A stretch of 64,000 nt of DNA from a bacterium (GCA_027371855.1 DAHXLB010000011.1:7459-71458); one strand, 5' to 3'. Shown: positions 19,039-28,442, counted from the stretch's first letter. A program made the numbers and translations. Notes: generated from the sequence alone by a model not told the origin.

Positions 19039-20551
19039 TAATGATGTGGTAAGATATTAAATAGACCAACATTAAAACTAACCATATCTGAAGTATATAC
19101 AGTGTGGAAAATGTTAGGTATTGTAAAAGAATACCTACAAGTGCTGCAATGGATGATACCAAAGTTATTCTTAAAAATTTATTATCTAAATCTGTTTTGC
19201 TATTTTTCATCATTGATGCCTTAACACCTTTATAGAGGATAAGGATTATTAAAGATATGAATGTTATAAACCCTAATATTCCTGTTTCTGCAAGAATTTC
19301 TAAATATTCATTATTTACTATAGCCCAACCATAACCTTCAAATTGTCCATATAAAGCTGGAGGCATCACATAAGGATTTATTGACATGTAAGGGCCAAAA
19401 CCTCCTACTCCAATACCTAATATTGGATGAGTTGCGAATGCTTGCGTTGCATTATTATCTAGGAATACTCTATCAGGAGATGAAAGGTTTTCAGCCCTTT
19501 GTGCTAGTTTTGTAGCAAAGTGTGGAAGCTTATGAACAGATTGTAGTATAAAAAACATTGATACTAAAATTACAAAAGCAAGTATTATTGTAACTATAAT
19601 TTTCTTATTTATATTATATATATATGCTAAAAATCCTAATAATACTATTATAGCAAGGATTTCACCAATCCAAGCTCCTCTTGCATATGTAAGTATTAAA
19701 TTAATTCCTCCAAGAAGAAAAGCTATTATAGATAAAATAAACAAATATTTTGATATCATTGTATCTTTCAAATTTTTAATCTTTGATAATAGTCCGTATT
19801 CTTTTATATATGTGATTATGTACCCTAGAGCTAATGTTATTGAAAAAATCAAATAGGTTCCATAGTATAAAGGTTCAACTTCTGTTGCCTGTATTCTAGG
19901 GTATCCTAGGACGTCTTTTACATAGGGTGCTGATAACCCTACTACAGATCCTGGTAAGTTAAAAATCAAATTACCAAAATATTGAAAGAGTCCAAAAATT
20001 GATAATAATATTGTTACGGAGAATATTATATATGGTATATATTTTACATATTTAATATTAAAAAAATTAAATGGAACTAAGAAATAGACTATATATGTAA
20101 TAAATGTAAATAATAAGATTTCAATCTCTCTTGACATATTTACTGCATTTATTAAAGATAATATATTTACTGCAATTAGTATTAGTATTACTATAAAAAC
20201 GGGGTCTTTTTTTATCCTAAATCTCTTTAGAATTAATGCAGAAATCAAAAAAACAAAGACAGCTATACCTATTATCAACTGATCAAAACGTATGTGAATA
20301 GAATGATAATAAAATCCTCCTATCCTCTCAAAAGGCATGAGTGCGAAAGCCATCAATATACCTAAATTGGGGTTTTGCAATGTAGCTGATATAGCTGAAA
20401 AGAAAAAGAATATTAATATAAATATAAATGGCAATACTGTAAGAGGTAATATAAATATTTTATATGATAATAAAAGAGTTAAAATATCTATTAATAAAAA
20501 TATAGATAGAATTTTATAATTTGGATATATATACTTTATTACACTCTTCAT
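18965..20551 (-). CDS. Wzy/O-antigen-ligase-like polytopic membrane protein
   Basis: A 528-aa protein with >10 helices and a large loop, YARGAWIGEILAIIVLLGF, that resembles the Wzy_C/O-antigen ligase core. Its tail, ESGSQGPKAKGSGSKESRHDTKS, is encoded by the GATC-rich repeat. Confidence 0.55.
   Translation of the reverse strand: MKSVIKYIYPNYKILSIFLLIDILTLLLSYKIFILPLTVLPFIFILIFFFFSAISATLQNPNLGILMAFALMPFERIGGFYYHSIHIRFDQLIIGIAVFVFLISALILKRFRIKKDPVFIVILILIAVNILSLINAVNMSREIEILLFTFITYIVYFLVPFNFFNIKYVKYIPYIIFSVTILLSIFGLFQYFGNLIFNLPGSVVGLSAPYVKDVLGYPRIQATEVEPLYYGTYLIFSITLALGYIITYIKEYGLLSKIKNLKDTMISKYLFILSIIAFLLGGINLILTYARGAWIGEILAIIVLLGFLAYIYNINKKIIVTIILAFVILVSMFFILQSVHKLPHFATKLAQRAENLSSPDRVFLDNNATQAFATHPILGIGVGGFGPYMSINPYVMPPALYGQFEGYGWAIVNNEYLEILAETGILGFITFISLIILILYKGVKASMMKNSKTDLDNKFLRITLVSSIAALVGILLQYLTFSTLYILQIWLVLMLVYLISYHIINESGSQGPKAKGSGSKESRHDTKS
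18982..19036. repeat. GATC-rich dispersed repeat, longest copy, at the Wzy-like/flippase junction
   Basis: The sequence is GCCTAGACTCTTTGGATCCAGATCCTTTGGCCTTAGGTCCCTGGGATCCAGATTC. It contains GGATCCAGATCC (18995-19006) and GGATCCAGATTC (19025-19036). Confidence 0.85.
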
Positions 20552-21084
20552 TTTATAACATTAAATTTTTTAAATTCATTCTGGTATTTAAGATATTCTA
20601 CTCTAAAATCATGTATAATTGTTTTAGTAGTTCCATGTTTCATCCACTCAATAAGCTCTTCAACCTTATTGTACTTTCCCTCTATTTTAGCATCAATTGT
20701 ACCATCATCATTGTTTTTTATCCAACCAGTAATGCCTAACTCATCTGCGAATCTTTTTGTGGATGTATCATATGAAACATTCTGTATAATGCCAGATATA
20801 AATATATACACTTTCAATTTTACATCTTCAAAATGATCAGTTATGTACAGATTTTTAACCTTACCATCATAAGGAAGTTCTTTTATAACTATATTTCTTT
20901 CTCTCTTGAGGAATGTTCTTTTCTGTAATATTTTTACTAAACTATCTATATTCTTTTTATTTCCTTCTAATATGCAAAAATCTTTAGAGGACTTTATATA
21001 TCCATACAAATCTTTGTTTTTTGCATATTTTGTAATGTGAGAGATATTTAAATTTCCAGAAATTTCAGCCTTTATGTTTTTCAC
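20548..21084 (-). CDS. protein with tandem acylphosphatase-like domains (probably non-catalytic)
   Basis: The C-terminal half, VYIFISGIIQNVSYDTSTKRFADELGITGWIKNNDDGTIDAKIEGKYNKVEELIEWMKHG, follows the acylphosphatase fold pattern (V.G.VQGV.FR...A..LG..GWV.N..DG.V). However, the FR arginine is replaced (SYD). The N-terminal half is a more degenerate copy. It overlaps the Wzy-like gene by 4 nt. Confidence 0.5.
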   Translation of the reverse strand: MKNIKAEISGNLNISHITKYAKNKDLYGYIKSSKDFCILEGNKKNIDSLVKILQKRTFLKRERNIVIKELPYDGKVKNLYITDHFEDVKLKVYIFISGIIQNVSYDTSTKRFADELGITGWIKNNDDGTIDAKIEGKYNKVEELIEWMKHGTTKTIIHDFRVEYLKYQNEFKKFNVIK

Positions 21085-21140
21085 AGTATGACAATAAAAT
21101 AAATAGTAGAATTATATATAAATAATTCTACTTATTAGTG

Positions 21141-21260
21141 TTATTTAGAACAGTCGCAAGATCTAGAGCCTGACTCTTTATTACATTTTGTATTATTGCA
21201 AGTTTCTTTTTTGCAATTACAATTATCACAATTACATTTGGATTCAGATCCTTTATCCAT
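21141..21260 (-). CDS. 39-aa cysteine-rich (metallothionein-like) peptide (not in the track)
   Basis: My translation is MDKGSESKCNCDNCNCKKETCNNTKCNKESGSRSCDCSK*, with 9 Cys in CxC/CxxC spacing. The stretch is noticeably GC-richer than its flanks. No homology check was possible. Confidence 0.45.
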   Translation of the reverse strand: MDKGSESKCNCDNCNCKKETCNNTKCNKESGSRSCDCSK

Positions 21261-21340
21261 GATTTTTAAAAATAAATAATTAAGTAATATAGATTATATA
21301 TGAATATGTATTATATTTCCATATATCTTATATAAATAAT

Positions 21341-21895
21341 TTAATAATCAATACCCCTTTTTGCAAGTTTACCTGAGTTAAATGCATGTTTAATTTCCTT
21401 CATCTCTGTTACAGTATCAGCAAGTTCTATAATTTTAGGATTTACATAATTTCCAGTTAGTATAAGATCTAGATTCTTGTTTTTAATTTTGATTATATCA
21501 ATTACATCTTCTACACTAATGAGTTTTCCATGTACTGCATAATTTATCTCATCAAGTACTACAATATCATTTTTACTATTTTTAACTTCAATTTTAGCTT
21601 TTTCTATTGCCTCTTTTGCAGCATTCACATGATCAATTAGGGGCAGTTTATCATCTATTATTCCAACAAATCCTTTACCTAATGATAGAAGTTCAAAGTT
21701 AGGATTAAGTCTTTTAAAACTTTCTTTTTCTCCATAGAACCAAGATCCTTTTATAAATTGGATCATCACACCATGAAGATTATATCCACAGGCTCTAAGG
21801 AGTATGCCTAATGCAGCAGTAGTCTTTCCTTTTCCCCCTCCAGTATTTACTACTATCAATCCATTCTCTTTTCTTGGACCTAGATCCATTGTCAT
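21341..21895 (-). CDS. cobO: ATP:cob(I)alamin adenosyltransferase (CobA/CobO/BtuR type)
   Basis: Contains GLIVVNTGGGKGKTTAALGILLRA...VMIQFIKG. I place the start at the ATG at 21895 (MTMDLGP...), which overlaps the nrdJ stop as ATGA. The longer track ORF (to 21967) would lie inside nrdJ. Confidence 0.8.
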   Translation of the reverse strand: MTMDLGPRKENGLIVVNTGGGKGKTTAALGILLRACGYNLHGVMIQFIKGSWFYGEKESFKRLNPNFELLSLGKGFVGIIDDKLPLIDHVNAAKEAIEKAKIEVKNSKNDIVVLDEINYAVHGKLISVEDVIDIIKIKNKNLDLILTGNYVNPKIIELADTVTEMKEIKHAFNSGKLAKRGIDY

Positions 21896-24138
21896 ACTGA
21901 ACAGTACGAATACCCACAGTATGCACAAGTTGCACAACCCTCTTTCATCTCCATTTGTTCTCCACATTCAGGGCAATCAATTTTAGTTATTTTTGATAGT
22001 GATTCTTTTTTATGAGGGTCCTGTTTTTTCTCTATTAAGTTTAATACTTGCACTTCTCTTGATCCATCCCTATATACAGTGCATCCTTTACATCCTAGTT
22101 CCCATGCAAGAAGATATCCGGCTATAACATCTTGTTGTGTAGCGTTGTTTGGAAAGTTTATTGTTTTTGATATAGCATTGTCAGTATGTTTTTGAAAAGC
22201 TGCCTGCATTCTTATGTGATCTTCTGCAGATATATCCATTGCTACAACAAATACATCTCTAATGTCTTTTGGAATTTCTTTAATATTTTGTATAGAGCCA
22301 GTCTCTGATATTTTTTCAATCAGTTCCTCAGAATACAGTCCTCTTTCTTTGAGGATATTTTCAAGATGTTTATTAGTGTAGTAAAGATTTTGCCCACCCA
22401 TTACCTGTTTATAATAAGATAATGCAAAATATGGTTCTACTCCAGATGATACATCAAACATCATCGATATTGATCCTGTTGGAGCAACAGTAGTTAAGGC
22501 AGCATTCCTCATTTTCTTCCCACTCCCTTTGTATATTGAAAGATCATAATTCTCGAATACACCTTTCTCTTTTGCAAGCTGTTTTGACATTTCATGTGCC
22601 TCTGTATTTATTATTTTCATCACCTCTTCTGCTGTATCACGACCCTTTTTAGAGTTATACTGTACCCCCATAAGATATAGCATATCTGCAAACCCCATTA
22701 TTCCTAATCCTAATCTTCTATTTTTTCTAAAAACGTTATTTACTCTATCTACATGAAAGTCCGAGATGTCTATTACATTATCAAGTAGTCTTGTAGCACT
22801 TCTTGTAACTTTTTTTAATTTTTCAACATCAATCTTTTTATCATTGGATCCAGATCCATTAGTTACAAATTTTTCAAGGTTAATTGATCCTAGATTACAA
22901 ACATCTCCATCATGTAGAAATTGTTCACCGCAAGGGTTACAAGCCTCTATTCTACCAAGTTTAGGTACAGGGTTTGTTCTATTTACCTCATCAAGAAATA
23001 CAACTCCAGGTTCTCCGTTATTCCATGCTGCAGAAACTATTTCTTGAAATAACTCTCTGGCAGTTATAGAAGTCTCTTTGATATCAGTTACTATGTGGCT
23101 GTTATCTCTTGTAATAGTTCTTGGTTTCATTTTTATACCACCAAATTGGCACATCCATGGTTTTTTAGAATTATTTTTTACTTCTCTCATAAATTCATCT
23201 GTTATTCCAACAGATATGTTAAAATTTCTTATTTCTCCTTCAATTGCCTTACAATGTATGAAATCTAGAATATCTGGATGATCAACTGACATTACTGCCA
23301 TATTTGCTCCATGCCTTCCCTGTTGTTTAATAATACCAAAAGCTTCATTATATACTCTTAAAAAACTTACTGGGCCAGAAGATACACCTTTTGTTCTTAT
23401 TGTTCTTGATCCAGCAGGACGCAATAAATGGAATGGGAATCCTAATCCAGATCCTAGTTGCTGTAGCAAAGCAGCATCCTTTAACGTTTGAAAAATACCT
23501 TCCATGCTATCTTGTGGGTGCAATACTATACAGTTTGCTACAAGAGCAGTATCAGATCCAGCATTAGTAACAGTTCTTCCAGCAGGTGTAAATTCAAAAT
23601 TACTCATTATAGAATAGAAATCTTCTTTTATCTCTTCTATTTCTTTTTTGGAGTTAGCTCCTTTACTTTTTTTATATTTTTTTTCAACGTTAGCTAGTGC
23701 ATCAGCAACCCTTAGAAACATATCTTCTGGTGTCTCAACTATCTTTCCAGTTTTTGCATCTCTTTTAAGATATCTTCCAGCAATAACTCTTAAGGAATTT
23801 TCTGATAAAGGGAGATTTGTTGTAAAACCTTCCATAATCTCCTGTTGTCTTTCTCGAGCCTTATTATGCTCTTCTCTATATAGGATGTATGCTTTTGCAG
23901 CTTTTGCATGATTTTTTGCAATAAGCGCTATCTCTACTATGTCTTGAATATCTTCTACATCAGGGGTTTTTGATTTATATTTTTCTCCCAAAATTTGGAT
24001 TACAATATCGCTAACTTCTCTAGCTTCCTCTCTATCGAAATCTCTAGTTGCTTCTCCTGCCTTAAATACAGCGTTTACAATCTTTTTCTCATCAAAATCC
24101 ACTATAGAGCCGTTACGTTTTTTGATTTTTGTAACCAT
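21892..24138 (-). CDS. nrdJ: class II (adenosylcobalamin-dependent) ribonucleotide reductase with an N-terminal ATP-cone
   Basis: The ATP-cone is VTKIKKRNGSIVDFDEKKIVNAV. The catalytic core includes NPCGEQFL, VCNLGSINL and TVAPTGSIS, and the C-terminal zinc ribbon is CPECGEQMEMKEGCATCAYCGYSYC. The protein is 748 aa. Confidence 0.9.
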   Translation of the reverse strand: MVTKIKKRNGSIVDFDEKKIVNAVFKAGEATRDFDREEAREVSDIVIQILGEKYKSKTPDVEDIQDIVEIALIAKNHAKAAKAYILYREEHNKARERQQEIMEGFTTNLPLSENSLRVIAGRYLKRDAKTGKIVETPEDMFLRVADALANVEKKYKKSKGANSKKEIEEIKEDFYSIMSNFEFTPAGRTVTNAGSDTALVANCIVLHPQDSMEGIFQTLKDAALLQQLGSGLGFPFHLLRPAGSRTIRTKGVSSGPVSFLRVYNEAFGIIKQQGRHGANMAVMSVDHPDILDFIHCKAIEGEIRNFNISVGITDEFMREVKNNSKKPWMCQFGGIKMKPRTITRDNSHIVTDIKETSITARELFQEIVSAAWNNGEPGVVFLDEVNRTNPVPKLGRIEACNPCGEQFLHDGDVCNLGSINLEKFVTNGSGSNDKKIDVEKLKKVTRSATRLLDNVIDISDFHVDRVNNVFRKNRRLGLGIMGFADMLYLMGVQYNSKKGRDTAEEVMKIINTEAHEMSKQLAKEKGVFENYDLSIYKGSGKKMRNAALTTVAPTGSISMMFDVSSGVEPYFALSYYKQVMGGQNLYYTNKHLENILKERGLYSEELIEKISETGSIQNIKEIPKDIRDVFVVAMDISAEDHIRMQAAFQKHTDNAISKTINFPNNATQQDVIAGYLLAWELGCKGCTVYRDGSREVQVLNLIEKKQDPHKKESLSKITKIDCPECGEQMEMKEGCATCAYCGYSYCSV

Positions 24139-24229
24139 AATGAGTTGGGACTAAAATTATATCTTTATATCTACTCCGAGTGTAAAATGTGAGCTAAAAA
24201 ATGTCAACAAACCTGAATTTAGACTACAG

Positions 24230-24478
24230 CTATAGTAATGGATCATCCCCACCTTTGGAAAAGGGATTACAACGCAATATTCTGTATGCACCCTTCAATC
24301 CTCCTTTGATGACGCCATATTTTTCTATAGCCTCATATGTATACTCTGAGCATGATGGATTATATCTACAATATCCCTGAGGCCAGCCTCCTTGAGGATA
24401 TTTTTTAGAGAATATTCCATGATCAGGAGAGAGAGTCTTTTGATATAACCTTATTAGTTTTAACGCGTATTTTTTCAT
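24230..24478 (-). CDS. yidD: membrane protein insertion efficiency factor YidD
   Basis: Matches [11 protein letters not shown]...[44 protein letters not shown]. Confidence 0.9.
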   Translation of the reverse strand: MKKYALKLIRLYQKTLSPDHGIFSKKYPQGGWPQGYCRYNPSCSEYTYEAIEKYGVIKGGLKGAYRILRCNPFSKGGDDPLL

Positions 24479-24495
24479 CTATATATTCTAAAGTT

Positions 24496-25737
24496 TTATA
24501 AGAATATTAAAATTGAGGCTGTTACCATTATTATAACAGATAAAATACCAAAAAAATTATCAAATAAATTATTTTGCAAATGCCCCATTACCCTTTTCTT
24601 ATTAGCTATGATAAGTATTAATATCACTATTATAGGGGTTAAAATTCCATCGAGTACTTGAGAGTAAAATAAAGCAGATATTGGTTGTATTTTAAATATT
24701 GTAAATATAAATCCTGCAAGAAGAGATAATATAATGATATAGTAAAATAATTTTGCATCTTTAAATCTATGTGATAAGAATCCATGTTTTTTTGTTAACT
24801 CTGTAACAGCATATGCTGATGATATTGAAAGCACTGGTATTGCAATTAATCCTGCAGAGATTATTCCTACAGCAAAAAGCTGTCCTGCAAATATTCCGGC
24901 CAAAGGTTTTAGAACTTGTGCTGTTGCAATAGCTGGATATTGAGCATTAAGAATATTGATGTGATGTTTATATAGTGTTGCTCCTGCTGCTGTCATTATA
25001 AAAAGTGTAACAACTTGAGAGAATATGAAACCGTATGTTATAAAACCTCTTTCTTTCTTTGCAAATGATAATGGTCTATGCTCCTCTACTTCTTCCTTCT
25101 GTTGCCAAAATAACAAATATGGAGATATAGTTGTTCCTAAAATTCCAGTAGCTACGAGGGCATATGCTTTATTTGAAAAAAGACTTCCTATATCAGGGAT
25201 AAATGTGCCCTTCAGAACACTTAACCAATTTGGTCCAGCAATTATTGCAACAAAAATATATGAGACAAATACTAAGGACCCTATGATCATAAATTTTGCT
25301 ATCTTATCATAACTTTTGAAAATAATTATGTATGTAAGAAAAATAAATAAAGGAATTAGAATGTACTGGTATCCAACAGTACTATTTGTAAAAAACATTG
25401 TGATTGATGCTGAAGTTGCAAGCATATCTGCACCGATTGTAAATGTATTACATATGAGTAAAATTAGAAGTATTATATAGACAGCTACAATTCCAAATTC
25501 ATTCTTAATAACTTCATTTAGTCCTTCCTTTGTTATCACGCCTATTCTTGCTACCATCCCTTGTACGGCAATAAGCATTGGTATTGAGAGTAACATTATC
25601 CAATTTTGTGAATATCCAAATTGAGATCCTGAGATAGAGTAAGTAGATACTCCGGCTGGGTCGTTGTCTGCAGCACCCGTTATTATACCAGGCCTAACTT
25701 CCTTAATATAATTTGCTAATTTTTTATGTATTTTCAT
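24496..25737 (-). CDS. Nramp-related transporter with a non-canonical metal site (NRMT-like)
   Basis: Contains GIITGAADNDPAGVSTYS in the TM1 region and LGTTISPYLLFWQ in the TM6 region, with 11-12 helices. The canonical DPGN and MPH motifs are replaced by DPAG and SPY. Confidence 0.7.
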   Translation of the reverse strand: MKIHKKLANYIKEVRPGIITGAADNDPAGVSTYSISGSQFGYSQNWIMLLSIPMLIAVQGMVARIGVITKEGLNEVIKNEFGIVAVYIILLILLICNTFTIGADMLATSASITMFFTNSTVGYQYILIPLFIFLTYIIIFKSYDKIAKFMIIGSLVFVSYIFVAIIAGPNWLSVLKGTFIPDIGSLFSNKAYALVATGILGTTISPYLLFWQQKEEVEEHRPLSFAKKERGFITYGFIFSQVVTLFIMTAAGATLYKHHINILNAQYPAIATAQVLKPLAGIFAGQLFAVGIISAGLIAIPVLSISSAYAVTELTKKHGFLSHRFKDAKLFYYIIILSLLAGFIFTIFKIQPISALFYSQVLDGILTPIIVILILIIANKKRVMGHLQNNLFDNFFGILSVIIMVTASILIFL

Positions 25738-26277
25738 TTATTTTGAAGGTGTTACTAATTTAGATGATATCTTTATTTTTTTTAAATCTGCACCTATAAA
25801 TGGAGATAATATTTTTGTATCCTCTTTTGCTATAATGCCACCCAAGTATGACTTTTTTATAGTATTTTGTATAGTTGTTTCCCCTCTATATATATTTATA
25901 TTCATTATTAAGAATATAATAAAACTAACAAGAATTATACCTTCAATCAGAGACAAACCTGCACCAAGATATTTATTCATTTTAGCTTTATTTAGTTTTT
26001 TTGGTATGAACTTTTTATATATTATTGGTGATAAAAAATGTGACACTATAAGAAGTATTACAAATACGACTAGAATTCCTATAGGTTTTTCTACTGATGG
26101 AGGGATTTTAAAATAATGTTTTACAATATCATCTCCTAGAAAGTATAGTTTAAAAGAGATAATATATGTAATAATAAGACCAATAAATCCAGTAATAATT
26201 TTTATTAAGCCTTCAGAATATCCTCTCTGGATATAAATCATGAACACTACTATAATTATGATGGTTGTTAAATCCAT
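25738..26277 (-). CDS. CvpA-family membrane protein
   Basis: The N-terminus MDLTTIIIIVVFMIYIQRGYSEGLIKIITGFIGLII and four helices are typical of CvpA. It abuts the Nramp-like gene with a 0-nt gap. Confidence 0.55.
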   Translation of the reverse strand: MDLTTIIIIVVFMIYIQRGYSEGLIKIITGFIGLIITYIISFKLYFLGDDIVKHYFKIPPSVEKPIGILVVFVILLIVSHFLSPIIYKKFIPKKLNKAKMNKYLGAGLSLIEGIILVSFIIFLIMNINIYRGETTIQNTIKKSYLGGIIAKEDTKILSPFIGADLKKIKISSKLVTPSK

Positions 26278-26315
26278 ACCTTATATATTAACAGTTTTAC
26301 TATAACTTTCAATGC

Positions 26316-26333
26316 TTGGATCTGGATCCTTGG
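26316..26333. repeat. intergenic copy of the dodecamer in reverse orientation
   Basis: TTGGATCTGGATCCTTGG contains GGATCTGGATCC at 26318-26329, the exact reverse complement of GGATCCAGATCC. It lies between cvpA and htrA. Confidence 0.85.
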
Positions 26334-26455
26334 AAAACATATCATAAGATTAATAAATATTTAATGTTATTTTAATAATATACAGCTATAAGTATTCCGG
26401 AATTAATATCATTTAGGTTTATACACTAGATAGATTATTTTAATATTATAAAATT

Positions 26456-27724
26456 ATGGATGATACAAAAATAGTTACGCCTAAAACTGTAGCAACTACA
26501 CCTAAAACTTTGGAATATATATCAAAATCTGAGTTCAGGAGAACTATGTCTTTTGTTGTTGTGTTTACATTGGTTTTTGCAACTTTATTTGGAGGAATTT
26601 TAGGTTTTTTAGGTTCTCAATTATACAATAGTAATATTAATAGTACTATTGCAGGAACTTCATCAGGTATTGTACAGAATTTACCTGTTGTGAACCAGGA
26701 TTCTGCTGTAGTCAGCGTAGTAAAAAAGACTAACCCTGCAGTAGTAAGTATAGTCATCTCACAATATGTATCAAATAATAGTAATAATATATTTGGTAAT
26801 TTCTTTGGAGTCCCATCATCTGGATCTGGGTCCTCTGGACCAAGTTCTGGTAGTACAAAACAAACAGTAGGAGAAGGATCTGGTTTTATTGTGCAGTCCA
26901 ATGGGTACATATTAACTAATAAGCATGTAATTGTTAGCCCAACTGATTCATATACAGTAGTTATGAATAATGGTAAGAGTTACCCAGCTAAAGTTGTAGG
27001 TACTGATCCAACTAATGATCTTGCAATAGTTAAAATTAACGCAACTAATTTACCTATACTTTCTTTAGGTAACTCATCGAGTTTACAACTTGGAAGTGCT
27101 GTTGTTGCTATAGGGAATGCACTTGGTCAATACCAGAATACTATTGATACAGGGGTTATATCTGGGTTGTCAAGAAGTGTTCAAGCTCAGGACCCAGTTA
27201 CTGGTGCAGTAGAAAATCTTACAGGAATGATTCAAACTGATGCAGAGATTAATTCTGGTAATTCAGGGGGGCCTTTATTAAATCTTGCAGGTCAGGTTAT
27301 TGGTATTAATACTGCAGTGGCATCTACAGCACATGGAATTGGATTTGCCATACCAATAAATCAAGCCAAATCAGACATACTTTCGGTATTAAAGAATGGG
27401 AAAATCATAAAACCTGAACTTGGAGTGGATTATGAATTAATAACTCCTGCAATACAGCAATCTCAGCACCTTAAATATTCTTATGGAGCCTATTTAGTTG
27501 GAAGCTCAGGGAACCCTGCAGTACTTTCTAATACTCCCGCATCAAGAGCTGGACTTAAGAGTCATGATATTATTCTTGAAGTTAACGGAGTTAAAGTTAC
27601 TGAATCAAATTCTCTAGGATACCTTATAGGTCTGCATCAATTAAATTCTACTGTTACGCTTAAAGTGTATCAGGATGGGAAGGTTCAGGATATTAGTGTT
27701 ACTTTAAATAAAGCTTTTAGCTAG
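26456..27724 (+). CDS. HtrA/DegP-family serine protease with a PDZ domain
   Basis: It has an N-terminal TM anchor, the triad contexts TNKHVI, NDLAIVK and GNSGGPLLNLAGQVIGINTA, and a C-terminal PDZ (DIILEVNGVKV). Confidence 0.9.
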   Translation: MDDTKIVTPKTVATTPKTLEYISKSEFRRTMSFVVVFTLVFATLFGGILGFLGSQLYNSNINSTIAGTSSGIVQNLPVVNQDSAVVSVVKKTNPAVVSIVISQYVSNNSNNIFGNFFGVPSSGSGSSGPSSGSTKQTVGEGSGFIVQSNGYILTNKHVIVSPTDSYTVVMNNGKSYPAKVVGTDPTNDLAIVKINATNLPILSLGNSSSLQLGSAVVAIGNALGQYQNTIDTGVISGLSRSVQAQDPVTGAVENLTGMIQTDAEINSGNSGGPLLNLAGQVIGINTAVASTAHGIGFAIPINQAKSDILSVLKNGKIIKPELGVDYELITPAIQQSQHLKYSYGAYLVGSSGNPAVLSNTPASRAGLKSHDIILEVNGVKVTESNSLGYLIGLHQLNSTVTLKVYQDGKVQDISVTLNKAFS

Positions 27725-27755
27725 GATCAAGATCCTAATATAAAGTACAAACAAT

Positions 27756-28442
27756 ATGAATAATACAAATAAAATATTAGTAGTTGAAGATGAAAGGAAA
27801 ATTGCTAGTTTTATAAAAAGAGGATTAGTTGAGGCTGAGTACGAAGTTGATGTAGCATCTAATGGTACTGATGCCTTAAAAATGGTTCAAGAAGAGGAAA
27901 AAGGTTATACATTAATACTTTTAGATTTAATGTTGCCTGATATGGATGGATTTGATATATGTGCTAAAATAAGGGCTGATGGAGAGCAAACACCAATACT
28001 TATTCTGACTGCACGTAATTCTACAGAAGATAAGATAAAAGGACTTAATATTGGGGCTGATGATTATTTAACTAAACCTTTTGCAATAGGAGAACTTGTG
28101 GCAAGAATAAAGGCATTACTTAGAAGAGGTCCTTCAGCAGTTGATGGTATTTTAAAAATAGGAAACCTGACTTTAAATACAAAAACATATGAAGTATATA
28201 GAGGTGATAAAAGTATAGAATTATCACAAAAAGAGTTTGCTATCTTAGAATATATGATGAGAAATGAAGGTATAGTCTTAACAAGAACAATGATTGAAGA
28301 TCATGCTTGGGATTATGAATTTGATAGTTTCTCTAATGTAGTTGATGTGTATATAAGGCTTTTGAGAAAAAAAATAGATGATGGACATAAAAATAAAATT
28401 ATTAGAACCGTTAGAGGCGTGGGTTATAAAGTTAAGACATAA
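27756..28442 (+). CDS. OmpR-family response regulator
   Basis: The receiver domain is ILVVEDE...LILLDLMLPDMDG...ILTAR...DDYLTKPF. The winged-helix C-terminus ends RTVRGVGYKV. Confidence 0.9.
   Translation: MNNTNKILVVEDERKIASFIKRGLVEAEYEVDVASNGTDALKMVQEEEKGYTLILLDLMLPDMDGFDICAKIRADGEQTPILILTARNSTEDKIKGLNIGADDYLTKPFAIGELVARIKALLRRGPSAVDGILKIGNLTLNTKTYEVYRGDKSIELSQKEFAILEYMMRNEGIVLTRTMIEDHAWDYEFDSFSNVVDVYIRLLRKKIDDGHKNKIIRTVRGVGYKVKT

Noticed and set aside
21896-21967. The N-terminal 24-codon extension of the cobO ORF (MWRTNGDERGLCNL...).
   Set aside because: It lies entirely inside the nrdJ coding sequence. The internal ATG at 21895 gives the classic ATGA stop/start overlap and a normal CobO N-terminus.
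24139-24229. A cobalamin riboswitch or NrdR box upstream of nrdJ.
   Set aside because: Only ~90 nt are available, and I see no B12-box-like core and no paired NrdR-box palindromes. It is too short for a cobalamin riboswitch.
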